From assembly GCA_031407765.1 (NCBI GenBank), contig JANOIR010000077.1:219-64218 (forward strand): 64,000 nt of DNA, given 5' to 3'. Numbering within the stretch: the stretch's first letter is position 1; the number at the start of each line of letters is the position of its first letter. The position numbers and the translations under genes are program-made. This stretch comes from Vicinamibacteraceae bacterium. GTDB lineage: Bacteria; Acidobacteriota; Vicinamibacteria; Vicinamibacterales; Vicinamibacteraceae. A model generated the notes under the pieces. It did not search any database. It was not told the DNA's origin and worked only from the letters and a program-made list of their open reading frames with translations. Shown one piece after another: positions 1 through 7,752 of this stretch.

Positions 1-1675
1 GCTGCTGGAGGGCGTGGGCTCGGGGGCCGTGTCCAACCAGGTCAGCGACGTGATGCTCGCGGAAGTCGTTCTGGTGATCGGCGCCAACCCGACCGTGAAC
101 CACCCGGTCGCTGCCACCTGGATGAAGAACGCGGCGAAGAACGGCACCAAGCTGATCATCGCCGACCCGCGCCGCACCGAACTCTCGCGCCACGCCGCCT
201 ACACGCTGCAGTTCAACGCCGACACCGACGTGGCGATGCTGAACGCGCTGATCCACACGATCATCGATGAAAATCTGGTCAATGAAGCTTTTGTAAAAGA
301 CCGGACCAGCGGGTTCGAAGCGCTGAAGGAAAACGCCAAGGACTACTCGCCCGAGAAGATGGCGCCGATCTGCGGCATTCCGGCGGCGACGCTCCGGGAA
401 GTCGCGCGCCTGTTCGCGACCTCCAAGGGCTCGATGATCCTCTGGGGCATGGGCATTTCGCAGCACGTGCACGGCACCGACAACGCGCGCTGCCTGATCG
501 CACTGTGCCTGATGACGGGGCAGGTCGGGCGCCCGGGCTGCGGGCTGCATCCGCTGCGCGGCCAGAACAACGTGCAGGGGGCGAGCGACTCCGGCCTGAT
601 CCCGATGATGTTCCCGGACTACCAGCGCGTGGACAATCCGGAAGCCAACAAGCGTTTTGAGAAGCTTTGGGGCACGACGCTGGACAAGAAGCCCGGCCTG
701 ACTGTGGTCGAGGTCATCCGCGCCGCCGACGCCGGGCAGGTGCGCGGCATGTACATCATGGGCGAGAACCCGGCGATGTCCGACCCGGACGCCGAGCACG
801 CGCGTGCCGCGATGGCAAAGTTCGAGCACCTGGTGGTGCAGGACATCTTCCTCACCGAGACCTGCTACCTCGCCGACGTGGTTCTGCCGGCGACGGCCTG
901 GCCTGAAAAGGACGGAACGGTGACAAACACCGACCGGATGGTCCAGATTGGCCGCAAGGCGCTCGAGCCGCCGGGCGACGCTCGGCCGGATCTCTGGATA
1001 ATCAATGAGTTGGCCAAGAGGATCGGGCTTTCCTGGGACTACACGCACCCGAAGCAGGTCTTCGACGAGATGCGCAAAGGCATGAATTCGATTGCCGGCA
1101 TTACCTGGGATCGCCTGGAACGGGATTCCGTGGTGATTTATCCCTGTGAGAACGAAGGAGATCCCGGAACTTCGGTTGTTTTCACGGAAGTTTTTCCGAC
1201 CGCCACGGGGCGAGCCAAGTTCGTCCCGGCCGACCTGATCCCCGCCGATGAACGGCCGGACAAGGAATACCCGGTCGTCCTGATCACTGGCCGCCAGCTC
1301 GAGCATTGGCATACCGGGGCGATGACCAGGCGCGCCGGCGTGCTCGACGCCATCGAGCCCGAACCCGTGGCATCGCTGCATCCCCTGGACATCGAAAGAC
1401 TGGGGGCGAAGCCGGGAGACATCATCACGGTGGCGTCCCGTCGCGGCAGCATCTCCCTTTATGCAAGGGCAGACGAGGGTACCCCGCTGGGTGCGGTGTT
1501 CATCCCGTTCGCGTTCTACGAAGCGGCGGCGAACATGCTCACCAACCCGAAGCTGGACCCGTTCGGCAAGATCCCGGAGTTCAAGTACTGCGCCGTGAAA
1601 GTGACGAAAGGCGGCACGCCCCCCGGCGATCCCGGCTACGGCAAGGGAAGCGCGCTCACCGAGATCTACGGCTAG
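1..1675 (+). CDS. Formate dehydrogenase alpha subunit (molybdopterin oxidoreductase family), C-terminal ~555 aa; 5' end lies outside the window
   Basis: ORF 14..1675 stays open in frame back to nt 2. The translation shows a molybdopterin-oxidoreductase core and a C-terminal dinucleotide-binding barrel as in NAD-linked FdsA/FdhA-type enzymes (VIGANPTVNHPV, LIIADPRRTEL, RGQNNVQGASD, TGRQLEHWHTGAMTRR, DPFGKIPEFKYCAVKV). Confidence 0.85.
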   Translation, partial: LLEGVGSGAVSNQVSDVMLAEVVLVIGANPTVNHPVAATWMKNAAKNGTKLIIADPRRTELSRHAAYTLQFNADTDVAMLNALIHTIIDENLVNEAFVKDRTSGFEALKENAKDYSPEKMAPICGIPAATLREVARLFATSKGSMILWGMGISQHVHGTDNARCLIALCLMTGQVGRPGCGLHPLRGQNNVQGASDSGLIPMMFPDYQRVDNPEANKRFEKLWGTTLDKKPGLTVVEVIRAADAGQVRGMYIMGENPAMSDPDAEHARAAMAKFEHLVVQDIFLTETCYLADVVLPATAWPEKDGTVTNTDRMVQIGRKALEPPGDARPDLWIINELAKRIGLSWDYTHPKQVFDEMRKGMNSIAGITWDRLERDSVVIYPCENEGDPGTSVVFTEVFPTATGRAKFVPADLIPADERPDKEYPVVLITGRQLEHWHTGAMTRRAGVLDAIEPEPVASLHPLDIERLGAKPGDIITVASRRGSISLYARADEGTPLGAVFIPFAFYEAAANMLTNPKLDPFGKIPEFKYCAVKVTKGGTPPGDPGYGKGSALTEIYG

Positions 1676-1685
1676 CGCAGGAGCG

Positions 1686-2342
1686 ATGGGAGACGATCCC
1701 TACGCGAAGGAACGCAGGCTGAAGAAGTACGAAGCGGCGGCGCAGGTCTGCGCCACCTCTGCGGGCGACCCGCCGCTCGATTTCTATTCCCCGTTCGGCC
1801 CGATGATCGCGAAGACGCGCCTGCCGGATTCGATCGTGCAGCGGGTGAACCGCCATGCCGACGGCGTCGTCGCCCCTGGCCGCAGTTCGGAATTCCTGCT
1901 GCCGGAGGGCGTGGTGGCCGAGGGCGGCGAGCAGTCCCTGTTGCGCCTGGTCGCGGGGCTCATCCGGCGCTACCTCGCCGGCGTCGAAGGCGAGGACGGC
2001 GGGCGGGTGGACTTCGAATCGTTCTGGGTGGTGAGCCAGGCCGCGGGGACGCCGAGCCCGGTGCATTTCCATTCGTCCGACATCTCGGGCGTGCTCTACC
2101 TCAAGGTGCCGGAAGTCGACGCGGCGGAGGAGCAGAAGAGCTACATCTCCAACCGGCATGCCGGGTACATCAACTTCCTGATCGGCGGCAAGCAGCGCCT
2201 CTCGAAGTCGCTGATCAGCTTCCGGCCGCAGGCGGGCGACTTCTACATCTTTCCAGGCTGGCTGCTGCACGGCGCCGAACCCTTCGCCGGGCGCGGCGAA
2301 CGCCGCTCGATGAGCTTCAACGCGAGATTGGCCGACGCCTAA
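1686..2342 (+). CDS. 2OG-Fe(II) oxygenase-like protein (TIGR02466 / PF13759-like, the 'Pass1-related' type)
   Basis: 218-aa ORF starting 10 nt after the fdh stop. It carries the metal-binding-type motif VHFHSSDISGVLYLKVP and the distal FPGWLLHGAEPF motif typical of this cupin/2OG family. Family assignment is from motif memory only. Confidence 0.6.
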   Translation: MGDDPYAKERRLKKYEAAAQVCATSAGDPPLDFYSPFGPMIAKTRLPDSIVQRVNRHADGVVAPGRSSEFLLPEGVVAEGGEQSLLRLVAGLIRRYLAGVEGEDGGRVDFESFWVVSQAAGTPSPVHFHSSDISGVLYLKVPEVDAAEEQKSYISNRHAGYINFLIGGKQRLSKSLISFRPQAGDFYIFPGWLLHGAEPFAGRGERRSMSFNARLADA

Positions 2343-3859
2343 CGCACCGGGGCGGCAATGTTCAACGCGTCGATAAGCTCGCCGTGGTCGGGCAGCTGGC
2401 GCGCCTGCGCGAGGTTGCGCGCCTTGATCTGCTCCAGCTTTTGCCGCGCCCTGGCGGGGTCCGCCTGGTCCGTCATCGGGTGGTGTTTGCGCGGCAGTCT
2501 GCCCAGGCCGGCCGCGATGGAATAGAAGCTTGCCTCGCGGAACAGCGGGCGCTGCTGCCAGTCGACGATGCCGGTCTCGTCGTAGTACTCGAGCGTCCGG
2601 GCCAGCGAGTCGGGCGGCGCGGCGTTGCGGTTCGCCTCCCAGAACGCGCCGTCCTCGCGACGGTTGAGCAGGTAGTGCAGGATGATGAAGTCGCGCACCT
2701 GCTCGAATTCCCCGGCCATGCGCTCGTTGTAGCGGCGGATCGGCGCGGGGCCGAACTCGGCGTCCGGAAAATGGTCGAGCAGCAGCTCCACGCCTTTCTG
2801 TATGAGGTAGATGCCGGTCGACTCGAGCGGTTCGAGGAAGCCGGCGGCAAGTCCGATGGAGACGCAGTTGCCGACCCAGAAGTTCTGCCGCCGGCCGATC
2901 CGCATCCGCAGGTGGCCGGGATTGCACTGCTTCGGGTCGAGGCCGGTGTGCGCGATCAATTCGTCCGCCGCCTGGTCCTGGGAAAGGAAGCGGCTGGAAT
3001 AGACGTAGCCGCTGCCGACGCGGTGCGTCAGCGGGATCTTCCATGCCCAGCCGGCTTTCAGCGCCGTTGCCAGCGTGTAAGGCGGCATCGGCCGGATGGC
3101 GGGCTGCGGCAGCACCACCGCGCGGTCGCAAAGCAGCGAGCCGGACCAGTCGATCCAGGGATCGCTCAGCGCCTTCTCGATGAGCAGGCCGGCGAAACCG
3201 GTGCAGTCGACATAGAGGTCCGCCGTGAGCGCGCCGTTCTCGCGCGTGTCAACCTGCTTGATATTTCCGCGTTCGTCGCGCACCACGTTGCGTACGTCGT
3301 CCACCAGGTACTTCACGCCGCGCCCGGTCGCCACCTGGGCGAGATAGGCCGCGAAAGCGCGCGCATCGAGGTGGTAGGCGTACGCGCCATACTGGATGAT
3401 CTCGGAGGTGTCGCGCAGGGAACGTGGCGCGCGGTTCATGTCTCCGAGCAGTGCCTGCAGCGAGTACGAGGTGAAGGCGGAGCCGTCCCGCCCGGAACGG
3501 TGGTTTTTCAGCCAGTGGTGGAATAGCGGCACGCCTTCGATAGGCGCGGCGCCGATGTGCCCGAAGGGGTGCCAGGCCGGCGGGCTGCCGCGGCGGCCCC
3601 AGCCGACGAACTTGATGCCGAGCTTGTAGGTGGCGTGGCAGGCGCGCAGGAACTCGTCTTCCGGGATGCCCAGCAGCCGCAGCAGGGCCACCAGCGGCGG
3701 CACCGTCGCCTCGCCGACGCCGATGGTGCCGATCGAGGCCGACTCCACCAGCGTGATGCTGCACAGCGCGGGGTCGAGGAAGCGGTTGAGGAACGCGGCG
3801 GTGATCCAGCCGCTGGTGCCGCCGCCGACGATGAGGATTTTCTGGATGGGACGCGCCAT
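2339..3859 (-). CDS. Flavin-dependent halogenase (tryptophan halogenase family)
   Basis: 506 aa. N-terminal FAD fold ILIVGGGTSGW, GVGEATVP motif, and the WxWxIP signature (GWAWKIPL) characteristic of flavin-dependent halogenases. Overall length fits PF04820 proteins. Confidence 0.85.
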   Translation of the reverse strand: MARPIQKILIVGGGTSGWITAAFLNRFLDPALCSITLVESASIGTIGVGEATVPPLVALLRLLGIPEDEFLRACHATYKLGIKFVGWGRRGSPPAWHPFGHIGAAPIEGVPLFHHWLKNHRSGRDGSAFTSYSLQALLGDMNRAPRSLRDTSEIIQYGAYAYHLDARAFAAYLAQVATGRGVKYLVDDVRNVVRDERGNIKQVDTRENGALTADLYVDCTGFAGLLIEKALSDPWIDWSGSLLCDRAVVLPQPAIRPMPPYTLATALKAGWAWKIPLTHRVGSGYVYSSRFLSQDQAADELIAHTGLDPKQCNPGHLRMRIGRRQNFWVGNCVSIGLAAGFLEPLESTGIYLIQKGVELLLDHFPDAEFGPAPIRRYNERMAGEFEQVRDFIILHYLLNRREDGAFWEANRNAAPPDSLARTLEYYDETGIVDWQQRPLFREASFYSIAAGLGRLPRKHHPMTDQADPARARQKLEQIKARNLAQARQLPDHGELIDALNIAAPVR

Positions 3860-3879
3860 GAACTCGGTATCCTAGCAAC

Positions 3880-4911
3880 GTGCGCGCAGCCCAAGATGAA
3901 ACTATAGGCTATCTCTGCGCCGACGACTTCCTGCGGGACGCCGTCGGCGCGCGCGCGCTCGCGAGCGCCTTCGAGCTCGGCCTGGTCGACGCGCTGCTGG
4001 AGCGGGAGCGGGGTGCGGCGGCGCTGGCGGAGCGCACGAAGCTGGACGAAAGCGGGCTCGGGCTGCTGCTTGGCATGCTGGAGGCGGGGAACGTGCTTGC
4101 GCGGGCCGCGGGGGAGGTGAAGCTCACCGCCTCCTTCATGCAAGCGCTCCGCTACCGGGACCTGTTGGAGGCCAAGCTCGATTTCATCGGCCTGGCGGCG
4201 CCGGATTTCGTCGAGCTTTTCAGCATGCTGCTGGCCGATCCGAGGGGCTTCACCGGCAATGCGAGGATCTTCGAGCTGTTCTCCTACCAGCGCTGCTTCG
4301 ATCCCACGCCGGAGAATTTCGCCAACACCGCCCGCTGGATGCGGTTGACCACGGCGCTGACGAAGTACGAAGCCCCGGTCTGTCTCGCGCGGCACGACTT
4401 CTCGCGCTATGGGCGGATGCTGGACGTGGGCGGCAACAGCGGCGAATTCGCGCTGCAGGCGTGCCGCCGGCATGCGGGGCTGCGCGCCACCGTGCATGAC
4501 CTGCCGCTGGTCTGCGAGCTCGGCATGCGCCGCCTGAACGCGGAGCCCGAGGCGGCGCGCATCGATTTCGTGAAAGTGGGCGTGCCCGCCCGCGACCTGC
4601 CGACGGGACACGACGTGGTGGTCTTCAAGTCGATGCTGCACGACTGGCCCGAGCAGCAGATGCGCGAGTTTCTTGCGCGCGCGCACCGGGCGCTGAATCC
4701 GGGCGGCACCCTGCTGATCTTCGAGCGCAGCCGGTTCGAGGTGGGAAAAACGCAGGTGCCGTACTCGACGATTCCGCTGATGCTTTTTTTCCGCTCCTAT
4801 CGCCCGGCGGACGGTTACCGCGACGCGCTCTCGGCGGCGGGATTCCATGGGATCAAGTCGGAGGCGATCGAACTCGACATGCCTTTCATGCTCGTGACGG
4901 CGAGGAAATGA
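3880..4911 (+). CDS. SAM-dependent O-methyltransferase (family 2 type with N-terminal dimerisation/winged-helix region)
   Basis: 343 aa. SAM-binding motif I MLDVGGNSGEF. N-terminal ALASAFELGLVDALL helix typical of the O-MT dimerisation domain. GTG start at 3880 is the only in-frame start upstream of that domain. Confidence 0.8.
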   Translation: MRAAQDETIGYLCADDFLRDAVGARALASAFELGLVDALLERERGAAALAERTKLDESGLGLLLGMLEAGNVLARAAGEVKLTASFMQALRYRDLLEAKLDFIGLAAPDFVELFSMLLADPRGFTGNARIFELFSYQRCFDPTPENFANTARWMRLTTALTKYEAPVCLARHDFSRYGRMLDVGGNSGEFALQACRRHAGLRATVHDLPLVCELGMRRLNAEPEAARIDFVKVGVPARDLPTGHDVVVFKSMLHDWPEQQMREFLARAHRALNPGGTLLIFERSRFEVGKTQVPYSTIPLMLFFRSYRPADGYRDALSAAGFHGIKSEAIELDMPFMLVTARK

Positions 4912-5762
4912 TGGAACGAGCGGCCGACGGCGAGCGCCTGTACGACTTCTGCCTGTGGGAATACCCGCCCGCGGCGCCCTGCGCGGGCAAGCTGCGCTCG
5001 ATCAACCTGCTGTCGCGCTCGTTCGAGCAGCATGGGGTCGCCGTGCGAGGCATGGAGATCGTGCGCGCGATCCGCGAAGGGCTCGGCGATTCGCGCACCG
5101 TCTGGGGAATCAAGCAGGAAGGCGGCAGGACCAGCTGGGAATTCTATTTCTACGACTATGAGCGCCTTCAGCGGCAGCGCTCGATCCCGAAGCTGCTGGA
5201 GATTCTCCGGCCCTGGATCGCCTGCGATATCGCGCCCGGCGAGCAGTATCCCTACTTCATGTTCTCCATCGACCTGGACGGCGAGCTGATCGCCGGCCGC
5301 CGCCCCATGGAGGAGATCCAGGTCTATGTCGGCAACATCGGCAGCCAGGTGTCCTCCGGCATCTGCTACGCGGCGACGCGCGCGGGCATGAGGCTGAAGA
5401 ACCTCTACTATTTCTTCGACGCCAGGACGGAGATGCAGGAGATCGTGGGCAAGGCGACATCGTCGGTGCACCTCGATCCCGCGAAAGTGCCGCTGCGCGA
5501 GGTGTTCTGGCCCGAGCTGGTGGATTGCCAGACCATCGTGGTCGCCAACAAGCAGGACCGCGACGGCGTCTATTTCTGCAGGATCAGGGTCGGGCAGCTG
5601 CTCCACTTCCTGCGGCGCATGGGCTTCCCGGCCGAGGAAGTGTTGTTCCTCGAGGAGAACAGGAGTAGCTTGGATCACATGCTCTACGACGTCGGATTCG
5701 ACTACCGCATGGATGGCGATCGCCTGTCGATCGTGAAGGGCGCGTGGTATGGCGTCTTCTGA
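4908..5762 (+). CDS. Hypothetical protein (284 aa), translationally coupled between the methyltransferase and the radical SAM gene
   Basis: ATGA start/stop overlap with the O-MT gene (4908-4911) and a 14-nt overlap with the next ORF. Coding-type GC3 bias. I recognise no family; it is rich in aromatic beta-strand-like stretches (SWEFYFYDY, YFMFSIDLD, GVYFCRIRV, GAWYGVF). Confidence 0.6.
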   Translation: MMERAADGERLYDFCLWEYPPAAPCAGKLRSINLLSRSFEQHGVAVRGMEIVRAIREGLGDSRTVWGIKQEGGRTSWEFYFYDYERLQRQRSIPKLLEILRPWIACDIAPGEQYPYFMFSIDLDGELIAGRRPMEEIQVYVGNIGSQVSSGICYAATRAGMRLKNLYYFFDARTEMQEIVGKATSSVHLDPAKVPLREVFWPELVDCQTIVVANKQDRDGVYFCRIRVGQLLHFLRRMGFPAEEVLFLEENRSSLDHMLYDVGFDYRMDGDRLSIVKGAWYGVF

Positions 5763-6741
5763 AGCGTCGGTGCGTCCCATCCGCCTGGTCCGGCGCAAGC
5801 CGGGCGTTCCCACCCCGGCCGTCGCCGGCACCATGGGCCGGTTCGACTACAACCAGTACGTGTCGATGACCATGGAGTTCCGCTGCAACCTCAAGTGCGT
5901 CCACTGCATGATCGAGGGCACCATGGACCGCCTTGAGCCGCAATCGTTCGCGCAGTTCATGCGCGTGCTCGAGGGCAACGCCACGCACCGCAGGTTCAAG
6001 GGGCTGATCCTCACGGGCTCCGAAATCACCCTGCACCGCGACCTGCCGCAGTGGGCGCGGTTGGCGCGCGAGCACGGTTTCGAGCACGTCCGCATCCAGA
6101 CGCACGGGATGCGGCTCGCGTCCCGCGGCTACGTCCAGGAACTGGTCGGGGCCGGGGTGGACGAGTTTTTCGTCAGCGTGGCCTCCTCCGACGCCGAAAC
6201 CCACGACGCCATCACCCAGGTGCCGGGTTCCTTCGACAAGACGATCCGGGGCCTGGAGCTGCTCGAAGAGTTCGAAAATGTGACTTCCATCACGAATTCG
6301 GTCGTCACGAGCCGCAGTTTCAGGCAGTTGCCGGCCCTGGTCGAACGCCTGAGACCGCTCAAGCGCCTCGCCCAGATGGAGTTCTGGTTCTACTTTCCGA
6401 TGGCCGAATCGGACGACAAGGGCCTGGTCGCTTCCCACCTGGAGGTTCTGCCTTACTTGCGGCAAGCCATTGCCGCGGCAAGGGATTCCGGGCGTGGAGT
6501 GGAGGTGAAGAACTTCCCCGAGTGCCTGCTCGGCGAGGACCGGGGCGCCCTGTACAACGACCAGCCGCAGCTCCTCATTGATCCCGCGTTCTGGGACGAG
6601 TTCGTGCGCAATGGTTTCCACCAGTGCGTCTACCGCGAACGCTGCGCCTCCACGAAATGTCTAGGCCTGAACAGCGCTTACGTGCGGAAGTTCGGTGACC
6701 ACGCCGATGTCCTGAAACCCTTCGCCCTCGGGGATTTGTAA
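5749..6741 (+). CDS. Radical SAM enzyme with a C-terminal 4-Cys region
   Basis: Canonical CX3CX2C motif (CNLKCVHC) about 45 aa from the 5749 start. GLILTGSEITL glycine-rich SAM motif. C-terminal cysteines at PEC...HQCVYRERCASTKC. Alternative start ATG 5833 (MGRFDYNQ). Confidence 0.85.
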   Translation: MASSEASVRPIRLVRRKPGVPTPAVAGTMGRFDYNQYVSMTMEFRCNLKCVHCMIEGTMDRLEPQSFAQFMRVLEGNATHRRFKGLILTGSEITLHRDLPQWARLAREHGFEHVRIQTHGMRLASRGYVQELVGAGVDEFFVSVASSDAETHDAITQVPGSFDKTIRGLELLEEFENVTSITNSVVTSRSFRQLPALVERLRPLKRLAQMEFWFYFPMAESDDKGLVASHLEVLPYLRQAIAAARDSGRGVEVKNFPECLLGEDRGALYNDQPQLLIDPAFWDEFVRNGFHQCVYRERCASTKCLGLNSAYVRKFGDHADVLKPFALGDL

Positions 6742-6894
6742 AAGAACATAAAAACGGGGAATTAGTCCGCGAGATGACAAGGCTTTCCGTCTTTGTTTTG
6801 AAATGTAGTAAGCGCTTGAAAATTTGACCGAAAAGCCGGCTCCGGGGCAATCAAAGCAAGTAGAATCCGGTCTTCATCTGGCGGCCGGGGGGCT
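6742..6894 (+). promoter_or_regulatory. AT-rich intergenic region; candidate promoter/leader for sapC-tolC-giant ORF
   Basis: This is the only sizeable non-coding, visibly AT-enriched stretch in the first 54 kb (taaaagaacataaaaacgg..., ttttgaaatgtagtaagcgcttgaaaatttgacc). It contains two TTGAAA -35-like hexamers. No -10 box could be assigned with confidence. Confidence 0.3.
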
Positions 6895-7752
6895 GTGTTG
6901 GCGACTCTTCTTTTTTATCAGCGTCCAATACCGCTCAATTCCGACATTCACCGCAAGACTCGCCTCGGTCCGGCCCGCAACGATTTCAGCTTCTGCGCGC
7001 AGACGAATTCGATTCCGCTGGCCGCGGTGGAATTTTTCGATACCGCGCGCGAATACCCGATCGCCTTCACAGGCAGGGACGCCGGGCCGATGTTCCCGAT
7101 CGCGCTCGTCGGCGTGCGGCAGAACGAAAACCTGTTCGTCAACGCCGCAGGGCGCTGGGAGGGCCGCTACATCCCGGCCTTCGTGCGCCGCTATCCGTTC
7201 GTCCTCGCGGAGAAGCAGGACGCGGACGATTTCAACGTCTACCTCGACGAGGCCTACCCGGGCTTCGGCGCCGACCAGGGCGAGCGCCTGTTCACCGACG
7301 AGGGCGAGCACACGCCGCTGCTGAAGCAGGCGCTGGATTTTCTCAGCACTTACCAGGGCGAGATCAAGCGCACCCGGCTGTTCGTCGAGCGGCTCCAGTC
7401 GCTCGAGCTGCTGGTGCCGCGGGTGATGGAAGTGGTGCGCCCCGGCCAGCAGCCCATGGTGCTCGAAGGCTTCAGCGTGGTCGACGAGCAGCGGCTGCAG
7501 GCGCTCGATGACGCGAAGCTGCTGGAGCTGGCGCGCAGCGGCCTGCTCGCGTGGATCCACGCGCACCTGATGTCGCTTGCCAACGTCGCGCATCTCGCGG
7601 AGCGGCTGGATGGCGCGAAGCGCGGCGATGCAGGCAACGCACCGGCGGCCCGGCCGGCGGAGCAGGCGGCGCCTGCGGCGGCATCCAAGGAGAAGGCGAA
7701 GGAAAAAGACAAAGCGCGCGACACTCGAAGCAAGTCGGGCAAGGGCCGGTAG
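6895..7752 (+). CDS. SapC family protein
   Basis: 285 aa, GTG start preceded by a G-rich RBS. N-terminal LFYQRPIPLNSDIH...IPLAAVEFFDTAREYPIAF...YIPAFVRRYPF matches my recollection of the SapC (PF07277) consensus. The Lys/Ala/Glu-rich C-terminal tail is low complexity. Confidence 0.75.
   Translation: MLATLLFYQRPIPLNSDIHRKTRLGPARNDFSFCAQTNSIPLAAVEFFDTAREYPIAFTGRDAGPMFPIALVGVRQNENLFVNAAGRWEGRYIPAFVRRYPFVLAEKQDADDFNVYLDEAYPGFGADQGERLFTDEGEHTPLLKQALDFLSTYQGEIKRTRLFVERLQSLELLVPRVMEVVRPGQQPMVLEGFSVVDEQRLQALDDAKLLELARSGLLAWIHAHLMSLANVAHLAERLDGAKRGDAGNAPAARPAEQAAPAAASKEKAKEKDKARDTRSKSGKGR

Noticed and set aside
6742-6800. Intrinsic terminator after the radical SAM gene (gacaaggctttccgtctttgtttt)
   Set aside because: Only an imperfect 5-6 bp stem could be drawn (acaagg / ctttgt with mismatches). 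That is not strong enough to annotate, although the T-run is suggestive.
7551-7751. Upstream extension of the TolC ORF to ATG 7551
   Set aside because: The extension overlaps the sapC 3' end in another frame and encodes Arg/Gly-rich sequence. The signal-peptide-like N-terminus begins at GTG 7752.
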